Under the pieces are notes generated by a model. The model did no database searches. It was not told the origin of the DNA and saw only the letters and a program-made list of their open reading frames with translations. Shown here piece by piece: positions 11,552-24,641 of a stretch of DNA of 64,000 nt. This DNA comes from Trichosphaerium sp. ATCC 40318 (Eukaryota; Protista; Tubulinea). A program made the position numbers and the translations under genes. The first letter of the stretch is position 1. Each line of letters begins with the position of its first letter. The stretch is taken from contig JALMLS010000310.1 of the NCBI GenBank assembly GCA_038496445.1, positions 62,001-126,000 on the forward strand, in the 5' to 3' direction.

Positions 11552-13530
11552 ATGGGCAACATATTGAGTACGCAACCTATATCAATTAGTAAACCAACTG
11601 GTGGGCACGTAGAAAAGAATGATACGGCTGGAGATGAGGTGTTCGGACAAATCAAGTTTGAAGTTGTACCAGCACCGCTAGACGAAGCTGGATACATGAC
11701 AAGCTTCAAGCTATCAGAAAACGAAGCGTTAACAGCCTTTTTTAACGAGGTGAGTAACAATTAGTTTAAAGGCCGTTAGCATACACACAGCGTGGTGTGT
11801 AGTATCAACGACAATACTAAGGATTGTGTAGTATGGTTTCGTGGTTATACGCGACATTTTAACGCCAAAGGAGGTTGAGGATACCCTAGACGAGGTATGG
11901 AACACAGTTGAAGGTGCGTAAATAATGTTATTCGACATTGGCTGAAAGAAATATAGAAAAGCAGTGGGGTTGGACTGGAACGCCAATGGTACGTAATAAA
12001 ATTGTGTAATGGATCTGTGAAAATACAAAAATAAGGTCTTGTTTTTCATGGTCTTTTGCTAACCATTGAGCTAGGTTTCAAGGGACGATCCGTCAACGTG
12101 GTCTAACGAATCGTGGCCGCCAGGTAAACAACCCACAGAAAAAAAAGAGTGGTTATTAACCAAGAAATTAGGCAAATTGGGCATTCTTGGTAATTCTGTT
12201 GCTCGTAAGAAACAAGCTTGGAAGAATAGACAAAACCAAAACTTGTACGAGGCACGTGTTATTTTCCTAAAAATCAGTCTTGTGTTGTTATTAGTTTAAT
12301 CTATTTTTAGGCTTTTAAACTATTGACACAAAGAGAGGACTTGTGGGTACTTACTCACTTCATTTGTAAAAATACGTCATCTAAAGGGATTGTTAGGTAT
12401 CCTTAGATAGATATGGAATAATGAGGCCTACAAAAAGCGTTCCTGAGTGTAAATTAAAGCCACGTGAGTACAAGATTATTATCGAAGATCAAACACAACC
12501 AACCAACTTAAATTTAGAGCGTGGCCGAGCATCATGTGATGATCCTGAAAAAGAAAATCCGAAATTGAAAGACCATGACGAATGGCGTACACAGAATAAA
12601 TGGATCCACTGGGACTTAAACGTAAGCTTACAATTCAAAATATTCTCAGAAAATTCTTATTAACAAACCCCTTCATTAGCCTTGGAAATGGACAGGCACT
12701 ACAGAAGGTAAACCTTACAAATTCGATAGATTTATTACGGAGAATAATGGGAGTGCAAATGATGGCCAATTAAAGTTACAAGGATTGATAACATTGACAG
12801 ACTCAAAGGAAGATGATGGAGGCTTTCTAACAGTTCCTGGTACCTTTTTTTTTCAGTTTTCGTTTTATTTTGACTTATAGCGAACAAAAGGGTTTCATAA
12901 ACACTTAAAATCGTGGTCAAAAGCTACAGTAGAATCAGCATATGGAAAGAGATGTCAATCAAACTTGAGTTTTACAACACTTCATCCAAGTACAGAAATT
13001 AAAAGCCAGTCACGCAAAACTACGATTTATTTTTTACAATACAACCTGCCTCTAATTTTGTTTTTTTCTTCAATAGAAGATCACATGCAAACACAGACTC
13101 AAAAAATAACAGCGCGCCCAGGTAGTCTTATTGTATGGAGAGGTGAACAACCTCATTGGTAAGAAAAACAAACCACGTGTTTTTCTTTGTTTTTTTTATC
13201 TGCGCATCTTTGATCAAGTTCTTATTTTTCTTCAAATGTAGTAACTTCCCTAACAACAGCAACAAATTCAGAATAAATCAGGTATGCCCAATCATCCGTT
13301 TTAAACAGTAATTCTTTTCGTTGGTTTATTTCGTGTAGTATGTCAAGATGTTTGCGCAAAGAGAAGGTGCTCCTCAAACAGATATAAGAACAAATATGAT
13401 GAAGGATTATCTTAAAGATATTGATGTGACACCATTAGGAAGAAAGTTATTCGGATTACAGTCTTGGAAAGGTAAGAGCAAAAAAAAAGATTCCAACTTA
13501 GCCTCTAACGTCATTTCAATTGTAGAGTAA
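11552..13530 (+). CDS. Phytanoyl-CoA dioxygenase (PhyH)-like Fe(II)/2-oxoglutarate oxygenase, ~14 exons
   Basis: FFNEYGFVVIRDIL, RDDPSTW, AWKNRQ, LWVSLDRYGIMRP, WIHWDLNP (HxD), LQGLITLTDSKEDDGGFLTVPGFH, GSLIVWRGEQPHCNFPN..R..QYVKM. The MGNILS start is a possible myristoylation site. Confidence 0.85.
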
Positions 13531-13859
13531 AGCTATACCTTCATTAATCAGAGATCAGCACAATTAATAATCGTACTCTAAAACTAAGTTTAATAAAAGC
13601 ACAAACATGTGTTTGTACTTAGTCTCATTATCGAATACTGACGCTACCGTTGGTATCGTGTTTGTACTAGTTTTACTTGACAAAGCAAACGAGTGTATGG
13701 CACCCTTTTAGTTTGATCACACGACATGTTCTGGTGCGAGCACTTTACACGGTTTAGAGACATTCTGTTATTTGGAAACAGTCATCACGCCTTGTCAAGT
13801 TCACTGAACTCTTCCCCATTACTTTTACACTGTGCTAACAAGCGGTAACTGCTCTTCGT

Positions 13860-14410
13860 ATGCTGAAAAACGTTATAGCAGACTTGGGTGGGGCTAACAC
13901 ATGGCATCACAGAACCGATGGTGTAAAACATTTGTACATGGCTAGGTATTTAATGCAAAGTAGTGAAACCACTATTAGCGAACCCTTTCGAGAAAAAATA
14001 GTTAAATACGTTAATAAGCACCTACAAGATGCCGTAAAATTAAAGAGAACAATAGTAGCCTTGAAGACGAAGTTCCAGCTCTTAGAACCTGGTTTTACGC
14101 ACGATTCTAAGTTGTGGAGTAATCTAGAGTTTAATTATGTTGACAACATGGTTATTGGGTGGATGAGTTGCGCTTGCTCGTATTTTATAACAAAATCAAA
14201 GTCGTGGCCAAAAATTGGCCCTGTGCCTATGGATGTACATCACAAGGTACTACCCAGTTCAACGTTGTTGGCTGTGATATGTTAACTATAATTCTAAAGG
14301 TTCTTTTGTGGTACATCTTCGATCACAGGCGTAGTTGGGATGCTTATCTGGTATCCAAGGGCATAGATATTCCAGAATTCTCGGATTGGAAAGAGGAAAA
14401 TGAGAAATAA
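13860..14410 (+). CDS. Hypothetical protein (2 exons, ~165 aa; true start may lie upstream)
   Basis: ORF 13860-14285 joins through a GTACTA...CTAAAG intron to VLLWYIFDHRRSWDAYLVSKGIDIPEFSDWKEENEK*. Confidence 0.55.
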
Positions 14411-14999
14411 TTTTGTAGAGCTTGCTGCGCGTAGCTATTTCTCAAAAAACTGAACAGCCAATAAAATCTCAAATCCCTACATTACATACAGTGTATGTTA
14501 TTTACAGCTTTTGTAAGGATTATCTACAGTTGCATAAACGTAGAACGAAAAAGGCAGCCTTCGGATTTGTTGATAGCTTAACATACATTTTGTTAAGGCA
14601 AGCCTCAAACATCTACTCCTGGTGAAACAGCTGGAGGTTACCTTGTGAATTAACGCGTTACACAGCTCACCGCCCTTGATAGGCGCAATTGTCTTATTTC
14701 TAGTGTACTTGTGCATTCACTAATCTTCTTTTACTTATTTTACGTAGCTTCGCTTGTCATAGTACTCATAGCACGTATATTGGACGCTTCCAGATAGTAG
14801 TTTGATTACCCCAAAGGTAAAACGTGTTTAAAACCGTAGCACTCCTCTTGTTTTCATATGCACCGCTAGTAAAAAGCGTATGTGCAATTTAGCACAAAGC
14901 GGTCTGCTGCGACTTTTGTCTTCTTTTCTAATTGCCCCTGTACTTTGTTTACTGCAAGTTAATAGTACTGTTGTAGGCTGCGGCATTTACCGTCCCTAT

Positions 15000-15246
15000 A
15001 GAGATGGTATGGAAAACTGAAATTGTTAACACTTTTTGAAAAAAGAGCCAAAAGTGAAATATTTCAGAATTTACATTTCCAATTTACAACAGTTTTTAGC
15101 ACAATTCTAAGCCAATTTTCGTACTCTACGCTCCTTGTAGAGCAACATAAAAAATTCAAATACCTGATATTATGTAAGTTGTGTTTGAAACAGAGAAGTT
15201 ATAAAATTTCGTAATTTTCACTGTTTCAGTTTCCCATACCATCTCT
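15000..15246. mobile_element. MITE-like element with 23-bp terminal inverted repeats
   Basis: Left AGAGATGGTATGGAAAACTGAAA (15000-15022) versus reverse complement of right 15224-15246, AGAGATGGTATGGGAAACTGAAA (22/23 match). AT-rich non-coding interior. No target-site duplication found. Confidence 0.6.
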
Positions 15247-15408
15247 TTTCTTTCACTTTTTTAACACAAATCGAAAAGTACATTTTTACCTTTACACAAT
15301 TAGAATCATATTAATAGCAACCACACAACTACCTTTTTGTTTTAAAGTTTGTCAAAACGCATTTATTTTGTTGTCTAATATTCTTTAGGTTTTAGTTGCT
15401 AGTGTAAA

Positions 15409-16740
15409 ATGTGCTCTTCTTTGAATCTACTGGATCTTCCGCGTGAAATACAAACATACATTTGTACTTTCAACAAAGAAGCATTTACAAAATTCCATAC
15501 ACTATCAAAAAGGGCAGCCATTAATACACATTTTGATGACAGCTTGAAACGTCATGGAAGATGGATAGGATGGTATCTGAGTGGAAAAGTACAACGAATC
15601 GAATACGCAAAGAATGGTCCACGTTTAGTTTGGTATGAAAGTGGAGAGCTTATGGGAAAATGTGTGGTGGTTAATGGTAATATATGTGGTGAAACCAGAT
15701 TATGGTACAAAAGTGGACAACTTCAAGCACAAGACATGTGGGTTGACGATAAAAGACATGGGGAAGTAAAACAATGGTATGAAAATGGCCAACTTAGAGC
15801 ACAAGAGATGTGGGTTGATGATGAAAAACACGGAGAAGCAAACGTCTGGTATCAAAACGGACAACTTGAAATACAAGAGATGTGGGTTGATGGTAAACAA
15901 CATGGTGAGAGAAAGATGTGGTACGAAAATGGCCAACTTAAAGCACAACAGATGTGGGTTGATGATGAACAGCATGGAGAAGCAAACTTCTGGTATCAAA
16001 ACGGACAACTTGAAATACAAGAGATGTGGGTGGATGGTAAACAACATGGTGAAGCCACAGTGTGGTATGAAGGTGGCCAACTCCAGGTAAAGCAAATGTG
16101 GTTTGAAGGTAAACAGCACGGTGAAACAAAGTCGTGGTATGAAAATGGACAACTCAAAGCGCAGACAATGTGGAGTGAAGGTATACAACACGGTGAAGTA
16201 AAAATGTGGCACGAAAATGGACAACTAAAGGTACAATTCAATATGATTTATGACACAGTGGATGGGGTGTACAATACGTGGCATGAAAATGGACACCCTC
16301 GGATACATCAGGTGTTTGTTGATGGCAAGAAGCATGGCAATAGAAAAATATGGTTTGAACGTGGACAACTAAAGGCGCAAGAGATTTGGGTTGATGGTAA
16401 ACAACATGGTGAAGCACAGTATTGGTATAAAAATGGCCAACTTAGAGCACAACAGATGTGGGTTGATGGTAAGTTAAACGGTAAGTCCAGAGAATGGACT
16501 GCGGATGGTAAAACTGTTGAGGAAGGTAATAATGCTATAAAGCAATTGCTAAGTCAAAGACATCGCAGAAAGTTTGGTGGCAATAACAAGAATGGCAACA
16601 AACAAAGTAATGCAATGATAAGATCACTCAACATAGTATTGTTCCCTTTCCATATTTTCAAAAATGTGGTTTATGGTTGGTTCAGATACTTTGCAAACAG
16701 TATCTATGTATCAATGTCGTATTGGTCAAGAAAGCAGTAA
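15409..16740 (+). CDS. F-box-like plus MORN-variant (MORN_2/YwqK-type) repeat protein, intronless
   Basis: N-terminal LLDLPREIQTYICTF, then ~13 repeats of 24 aa, WYENGQLxxQxMWVDGKQHGExxx. Confidence 0.85.
   Translation: MCSSLNLLDLPREIQTYICTFNKEAFTKFHTLSKRAAINTHFDDSLKRHGRWIGWYLSGKVQRIEYAKNGPRLVWYESGELMGKCVVVNGNICGETRLWYKSGQLQAQDMWVDDKRHGEVKQWYENGQLRAQEMWVDDEKHGEANVWYQNGQLEIQEMWVDGKQHGERKMWYENGQLKAQQMWVDDEQHGEANFWYQNGQLEIQEMWVDGKQHGEATVWYEGGQLQVKQMWFEGKQHGETKSWYENGQLKAQTMWSEGIQHGEVKMWHENGQLKVQFNMIYDTVDGVYNTWHENGHPRIHQVFVDGKKHGNRKIWFERGQLKAQEIWVDGKQHGEAQYWYKNGQLRAQQMWVDGKLNGKSREWTADGKTVEEGNNAIKQLLSQRHRRKFGGNNKNGNKQSNAMIRSLNIVLFPFHIFKNVVYGWFRYFANSIYVSMSYWSRKQ
15775..16062 (+). repeat. Near-identical 144-bp tandem duplication (two MORN units) inside the CDS
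   Basis: 15775-15918 and 15919-16062 align without gaps, with long identical runs such as TGGTATCAAAACGGACAACTTGAAATACAAGAGATGTGGGT. Confidence 0.85.
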
Positions 16741-17081
16741 ATCCATAAAACTCTTGTTGTTCCATCCTTGTGTTGCTTTGTTGAAGGAATCATTGTAGTA
16801 AATTATCAATAAAACAACAATACTGTCTAGCACCATTAAGTTGAGGTTGTAATAGTATTAATTATATTGAATACACTCTTGAAGTGCTATCTTGTAAAGA
16901 AAAAAAACCAACAGTGCTCGTGTGAGGATATTTATTTTATGACACAATTGTTTCAGGCACAATTTGATATTGCCACTTACATAGCTGTAATGCTCTTCAA
17001 AGATGTTGCAGAGCACAACTAAAAATAGTGTAGTAGAAGCAAGAAACAACAGTTTGTATCACCGATATAGTGGGTTCAAAT

Positions 17082-19048
17082 TTACGCTTCTACATCTGCT
17101 CCAGGACAACGGTGTCCATTAGCAGTTTCAATGTAGATTTTAACATGCAAATCCTTTTTCAACCATTTACAGCCAAAAGATATTTCTCTACGTGGTTGAG
17201 CAGGTGTATGAGGGAAATTGAACTTGAAACAGAAGGTTAGTATGATATTTTAGAGGCAAATCAGGGTTGTGGTTTTTTTGGATTTTTTTTTCAGGGAAAC
17301 AAAAACTTGTAACCGGATCCACAAGAAAAAACGGCTCAAACTTTTAGTTTCCTTGATTCTACTAGTAAAAAAATTGTTTTGTTTGACAATGGTAGATACA
17401 GTGTAGTAGGTGTAAGATGGCGAAAGTCTTAAAAACAATTAGTCTCTACCTGTCTTGTGAAAGGCCCAGAGGCTGTCAACTGGCTTACTGATCCCCAACA
17501 TTTCTCAATGGTAGCGCCATTAGTAGATTCAAGACGGATTGAGAACTCGCTAAGAACACTCCTGGACATGAAATGAAACTCTGTGTTCATACCACCTCTC
17601 CAACCTAAATTAGCGGTAAGTTGTTTAGTATATAATAGCGAGATGTACCATGATAGCGTCTATGCTTTACGATTGGACAATCAGAACTTTCATTTGGACG
17701 AGTAGTCGTTGGCCGAGGGGTAGGACGAACTGTAGGAGGAGCTGTAGGCTTAGGTGTAGGACTAGGTGTAGGATTGGGTGTAGGTTTAAGTGTAGGCCGA
17801 GCTGTAGGCTTAGGTGTAGGACTAGCAGTAGGTCTAAGTGTTGGAGGAGGCAGCTGAAACAATATTAGCCATTTAATTTGATCCACTCAAAAGATCCTGT
17901 ACGTACATTGATTCCAGTGCCAAATTGTACGCCACTATCGAAATACCGTGGAGCCTTCTCGATAGCTTCGCGATCGAAAAAGAATGTCTTTATTTCTCCA
18001 TGTACTGAAGTTATACGTGCTTCCCCACGTGTCTGCTCTCCCCTGTTAGAAGTGCTTGTAAACCCTCCAGCAAAGATAAATCTGTTTTGTGAGTTCTCTC
18101 TGCGCAATGTCTGCCATCTTCCGTTCTAAAGTATCTATAAGTACAACAACAACACTGCTGCAAACCGTACTATCTTTAATTCAAACTTCTCAACAGGGAA
18201 TCTGTGGTTTCTGATTTGAATCTGGGCGTAAAAGAGATTGTTCTCTTTGAAAGAGTATTGAATACCGCCTTAAGGGTTTTTTTAAGTCAAGTTGTTTTTT
18301 CTCTCTATGTACCTCTTGTAGGGCATGGTATTGCCTTCCAGTCTACTTTACATAAACCAGTAACGTCTTGAATAGCCAAATCGATATGAAAGTCGTCGCA
18401 CTCAGGGCATACATTTGCCGTGAACATTTTAAGTGGCCTGTTCCAAGGAATTGATTTTGGACAGTTGCTGTTTGGGTTCAAGTCTCCTTTAATAGTGACT
18501 TCTGCGCATAGACCACATTTCATTGTAAAGCTTGGATTAGAAGGACCAATGGCAATCGTGTACATTCCCCTGCTGCCTGTGGATTACGTATTAGTGGCTA
18601 TGTCTATTAGCATGCGTTTCTTTGTACCTGATTCGACTGCTGGGCCCATTGGTGTCCATGCTTTACCTCCAATAGAACCGAAGCTACATGGTCCGTTTCC
18701 TCCATCAACTAGGTATGTGTTAGCGCGCCAGCAACAAAAAAACTTTCGAAGGTTTCTGCGTTAAAAATAAAGAGGCGTACAAAGGCCATATTGCGTTAAC
18801 TAGAAGGCATTAGTCGTTGTACAAGTTAGAATATGGCCGTATTATGTACGACGGAACTTTGGGTCGAAAATCGATTGTACCTTTCGTGAAGTGACGCCAT
18901 TAAATAGCTGGAGGATGTCACTTTTTGGTGATGCGGAAGCAACTAAAAGAAGTGTGCTAGTTGTGCAAGTTAGTTTTTGTGTTTGTGATTCACTACAAAC
19001 GGTTTAACATACGTACCTCAGAACGAGCAAGTGAAGAGTTGCTTTCAT
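17082..19048 (-). CDS. Secreted expansin-like protein: DPBB + CBM63-like, Pro/Thr linker, probable CBM2-like C-terminal module (3' exons uncertain)
   Basis: Signal peptide [92 protein letters not shown]. PTxxPT repeats at ~17700-17850, then C...[10 protein letters not shown]. Confidence 0.8.
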
Positions 19049-19275
19049 GTTGAGTTGAGTGTGGTTTGACTCGAAAAGGAAATTTTTTGACACAAAAACA
19101 CCTTACATTCCCTTTTGGCTCTTTTTGCACGCCGATTAAACCTTAGTGACAGTTGACGTTGTAATACCTTCTTCAAGATTAGAGTGAGTATTGTACGTCA
19201 AACATGCTAGAGCCTTAAAATGCGTCAAAGTCGGGGAAATTTCTAATACTCCCGGCCGTTTAGTAAAATGCTTTG

Positions 19276-22200
19276 ATGGCAAGCAACGGTGGCCCAAGGA
19301 AGCTAGATTCAAAGAGGTCTCATAACCATAAGTCTAACGGCAAACATACGAAGCTTGCTAAAGAACAGCATTTTATCGATGAAACACAGTTTGTGGAAGA
19401 GATTAAGACGATACAAAAGACATTGGAGCATATAGATAATAAATACAAGCAAGAAACAAATTTCAACCCAATAAGCCATGTCATTGATATTTTGGCGTCT
19501 CCTACAAAGAAAGAACTAAAAAACAAGAGGATTGAGCTGGAGACATGGAAAAATGAAATAAACGATTGCATGAAGACAATTGTTAGAGGTACGCTTTGCT
19601 ACCGGTATAGTGCTTCGCTTTAAATACAATTTGATAAAAACAAACTGGTTAGAGTGCTAAATGTATCCTAGCTTACTACGGGCATTTTAATACCATACTG
19701 AGCAACTACACAACAATCCTTAAAGAGCTAAACTCGTCCCAAGCAAATATCGAAACAGGTCAGTTTAATTAACCTACACGCCAATTATACATATCATTAC
19801 GTTCTTAACATATAATTTTAGCAACTGATCATCTCGAAAAGAGTTCTCACAACTTGACATCACGAAGTAAGCCTATTGCTAACTACAACAACGAAGTTAA
19901 AGAATACGAGCGTATTTTGGCAGTTTACGACAAAATGTACCCTGGGTTTATTTTTTCCATCTATTATTCTGACTCTAGTGTAGACAACAAGTTAACTCTT
20001 CGCCTGAACAAGTCCAACAGTACATGCGTGATGGAGAATGGCAAGTATTCTGGTTTTTTCAATAAAAACTTTTTTTTATTATTGCGAGCCTAGCTCTAAC
20101 TGTATCGTAGGTACATGGCTGCTGAGTTACTTGTCAAATCACATAAGGTAACGTTGTAATCATAGGAATCTAAGGTGTTATGTTTGAGCTAATGTAAACA
20201 TTGTAGACACTTCAACACCCTGACCTTGATTTACCTGGTTTGAATGAACTTAAAAAGACAATTAGACGTCTTCTCGCTGCACGTGGCTTTATTATTTCAA
20301 TGATAGATAATTTAACAGTCGCTTTTAGGAATTCCAATCTCGAGCATTTGAAGCATTGAATAATTTGCTTTATGGCAAGACATTGCCAACGCCAACAGAT
20401 GATGACGACTTGGACGGAAAGACGTACGAGAACTCTTTTTTTTTGAAATTTTTTTTGATGCGGTTCTTAACTGTTGCTATTTAGCTCGGTATCTCAAATG
20501 AGTGCTTCTCGTGTTAATTCTTCTTCTCTTGGACCAGCTATTGGTTCGTATTTTTTTTGTAGGCATTGGCTAAATGTGTTTTTGTAGAGCGACAGAATCA
20601 TGAAAAAATATCTCAATTAATTCGTGGATTGTTTTTGGGTCGGACTGGAAAAGTTGTTCAGCTGGCTAACTTCTTATGTGATAAGATTAAAACAGAAGTT
20701 CGGTTGTTAGTACAAGAGATTTATAATCAAGTCAAACAAGAAGAGTACGCAGTCACAAATCTGTTTATATTTTTTTGTAACTCAAATGGTGCTTCTTGCT
20801 GTTTGTTTTCGATGCCAGGACCATAACGATCTGCTCTAATACTGTATTATTCACTCCATAATTTAGGGAAACTGAGAGCTTCATGACAGGTATATATGGT
20901 GTAAATAAGAATGATGAAGAAGATCCATTTTTGGGAAATGCTTTTGCTAGAATGCTTTATTTGCTTCTAGAACGATTAAAAACAGTTGTATCTAATCATA
21001 AGATTGCTTGTGATGCCTTTGAGAGTACAGTACAACAAACAATAAGCAAGGAGGGTAAATCTAGAAATAACCGTGTTAACACCAACCGACAACCACAGAG
21101 GCTCAGACGTAATGGTAAGCTGAAAGAGACTGCTGAAATTTACTATTTTGTTACTTGTTTTAGCTTACCTTTTCTTTAGATACGTTTAGTGGAAGGCGTG
21201 GAGGAATATCCATTCTGGATATTTATAACATTAATACAGTTTGGAGTTCTGTTCAAGATGAGGTACGATGAAGAAGAAAAATTATAATTAAAGTTAACAA
21301 CAAATTAGCTTGTGGAGCTTATAGCTTGGTATTTAGCAGCCCCTACTGGTTCTGCAGTTATTGCAGATACTGAACATGAGACAACAACGGTTAGTAATGA
21401 CGCTGTTATTATGTTATAAACAATGACTGGTGTTCACATTTTTGACATGTTTTTTTGTTCTTAGATGTTTAAGTTTGAATGGTCTTCTGCTGAAGTAGTC
21501 AATTATTTCGAAGGAGAAACTACTGCAAAGAAGTTTATTTATACTGAGATGGAGATTGGTAATCCACCTTCTTGTTATAACCTTGCATCACTTTATCCAT
21601 TGGTAATGAACTTCAACAAACGAGTTCAACCAGTTGTTTCAGCGTACGACTTTTTTGCTTTTTTTTTTGGTTTTCAAAAAAAGGACAAACTCGGAAGGAT
21701 TTTATAGTCAAGCATTTTCTTTGACCTCTTTATGCAAAACTAAAGCAATTTTATTAACATGGTGTGTTATAGGAAACATAGAGATTCCAAATTGAGTGAT
21801 TGGTTAGATAACTTTGTAGTTAAGTCCTTCTTGCAAGATATTAAAAAGCACTACAGAAAACGTGCAGAGAATGCTGCCACAGGTATGGACGTCTTGTTAC
21901 ATGTATACCTTATGTTATTTGTGCACTTACACGTGAATTAGTTAAGAGCGCTTTCTTGCCTAAAGATAGGACTGTTGTCAGTGCAGATGGTGATGATTAT
22001 GGAAGCAATGAATCTCGACCTATTCTCAATGTATGCAACTTGGTTTTTTTTTCTTACTGTTTACAGGCTATTTATGGTTTGAGTTTGATTTTGTTTGTAG
22101 GGTTGTGTTGAGATATACCAGATTATAAAGGAGTTGTATACTGATATTCTACGTATTCCTCAGTACAAGAATGAGTTTTTGAATATTATTCGTATTGTTC

Positions 22201-24198
22201 TTGAAATATATAAGGATAAGTGCCAGGAATATTATAGGAAATTACTTAGAGAGTCTGAAACTGGTATTCTTATGCGGTATGCCCGTTTTTCTAGACGATT
22301 TGGAAAAAGGAAAATCAGCTAAACATCATTTTTCGTACATTGTTTCAGTTTTTTTTTTGCCTTTTTTACTGTTACTTGTCTAAATAATTTGGTATATAGT
22401 GATGCTAGTATGACACAGACAATTGATACAACTACTCCAATGATGCGTGATACCGGTGATCCTCAGAATCAACGAGAAAGGTACGTTAGTATAGCTCCTA
22501 TGTTGTTTTTTGTTCTCAAGATCGTTTTGTATTTCTTATGTTTTATCTAGACCTGTACCTACTGGTGAAGATATATCACGACATAATCCAGCTATCAATG
22601 CTTTGGGATGGGATGATACACCTCTTTTGACTCTTATTGATCAGAAAACCATGCCATTATATTTGGTGCGTTTGTAGCAGCGCAGATTGTTTTTGCTGAC
22701 TTTTCCGTCCCAGGGATTATCACTTCGTGGTGATCAATTAGCTAGACGCTATCTGTTAACGGAGCACTCTGACTCTAGTCAACATAAAGATACATCACGG
22801 CTGGCTAACATGCATGACAGTTTGGTACGTTTATCCTCTAATTATTTTCTCTTTAATCTTACTGACTTTTCTTTCTCAGCTGTGGCTTATATCTAGCATA
22901 CGAGAGCTTGGTAAAAAGAAGAGATCTGGAAAGAGAAATAAAAAAACGGCTGCTAGCATGACAAGAAGCACGAACAGCTTGGCACTAGGTTAGTTTTTTT
23001 TGAAAGTGGGATTCTGTCTCTAACTCATTTTTTCTTTGTGCAGTACAATCTCTGGAGGCGTCCCAACTTACACTACAAGAATATGATATTTTCCAACATA
23101 TTGGGCCGTACTTAATCAAACAATTGAAGCGTGTATCAACATCTTGCCTCATTGCTTTGAAAATAGAGTTCCGTGTAAATTGCTTCTTCTTTTTGAGTAT
23201 CATCCTTGAGGTATGTGCCTACGATTACCTTTTTAATTACAGCCTAAACTACCTACCTTTCTGTTTATTTTTTTTCACAACTTTTTTATCACGTGATGCA
23301 GGTTGTTTTTTGCTTTTTTTTCCTCGAGAATTTATTCATTTGTCCGTTCCTGTTTATTGACAGTTGTTGTTTTAGAAAAATTACTACTACGAAGTTGAAT
23401 ATAAAGATCCTGATAATTTTACAACTGATTTGAATAATATTCTCGCATCAGCTGATACTGCTTTGACAAAATTCTTACCAGTTGATAAGCGAAGGTATGT
23501 TTTTATGTTAAGGCATCATGATGGCTTAGAATTTTATTTTCAACCCTTTTGTATTATTTACTGTTGTTTCAGCTGGTTATTTACAGGATTGGCTACGCTT
23601 ATGGCTAATATCATTATCAACAGGTACGCACAACAGCCTTTTTTTGATAGTTTGTTTTTTTTGTATAAGACAATTGATTCAACCTCGCTCTTTGTCGGTG
23701 CTTTGGTGGCTAATGTCGTTTTAGTTTGTCTTCAATAAAAGCTATTAATCAAAATGGTGTTATCAAGATGTGTAGGCACGTCTAGTGATCCAATTTGATA
23801 ACTTGACTATGGCCGAATAAAGTCTTAAATATCAGCTTATATTTTTGTTTTAGGAATATTTTTAATTTGCAACAAAATTTGACGAATGTTGGAAGCCTAG
23901 AGGATCCAAAAGAGCTTATTATAGAATTTGATAGAGCAAGGCAGTATTATGAACTTATTAATTTAACTGAAGAGGTACGTGCATACCATTAATACACCAA
24001 ATAACCAAATCTTTTATTTACACTCCATTTCTCACTTTTTTCTTAAAGGGTGTCTTTGAACACATTAAGCAAACACCACGTGCAAAGTTATTTACAAAGC
24101 AGCAATATACTGAAGTTCTTAAATGTGTTACAAGATCACCAAGGAAGATACCAGATAAGACATTATTCAGACTTAAACAGTTTTTCCCACGGATGTAA
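19276..24198 (+). CDS. EXOC4: Exocyst complex component Sec8/EXOC4, about 28 exons
   Basis: FNPISHVIDIL, IVRAYYGHFNTILSNYTTIL (Sec8 N-terminus), CLIALKIEFRVNCFFFL, YVFTGLATLMANIII-type segment, INQNGVIKMCRNIFNLQQNLTN, FDRARQYYELINL, FTKQQYTEVL. Confidence 0.9.
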
Positions 24199-24641
24199 AT
24201 AAAAAAAACCCCATAAATGGTTTTCTTTTCTTCATACTCCTGTGCCTTATTTTCACAACAAAAAATATCTATAAAACGCAAAGAAGTCAGCAACAGAGTA
24301 TAAACATCTACTGGCTACTTCTTGATATTTTAGCCCTTTTTTCTTTTGAGATACCATTGAGAGGTTCGTGTATTTCTTTGGCTATATCAGGCTTACGAAC
24401 TGAAGAAATCACCGCAACACGCGCGTGTATATACACTAATAACTTGTTCATTGTTTTTGCACCTTTTTTGTTGTAACTTGAAGTTATGCAAGAACGTTTC
24501 GTTTGAAAGAAAAAAAAGACTGTTTTGAATTTTGTTTTTAACATACCAAAAGGAATGAAACAAGAGTAGGTACATGGGTTGTAACCAGTTTTCTTGTTTA
24601 ACAAGGTCAGCATTGTTTTGCAATAATCTCTTTATTATTTG

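Noticed and set aside
14430-14990. Possible multi-exon minus-strand gene
   Set aside because: Splice-like signals exist, but I could not build a stop-free product with recognisable features.
15700-16241. Alternative-frame and antisense ORFs over the MORN repeats (also at 52849-53927)
   Set aside because: Shadow ORFs produced by repetitive coding sequence.
15409-16740. Bacterial YwqK toxin-antitoxin antitoxin, or a CRISPR-like repeat array
   Set aside because: The repeats are in-frame coding MORN variants without unique spacers, the context is eukaryotic, and there is no toxin or cas gene.
17060-17085. GGGTTCAAAT resembling a tRNA T-loop/B-box
   Set aside because: No cloverleaf or acceptor stem around it.
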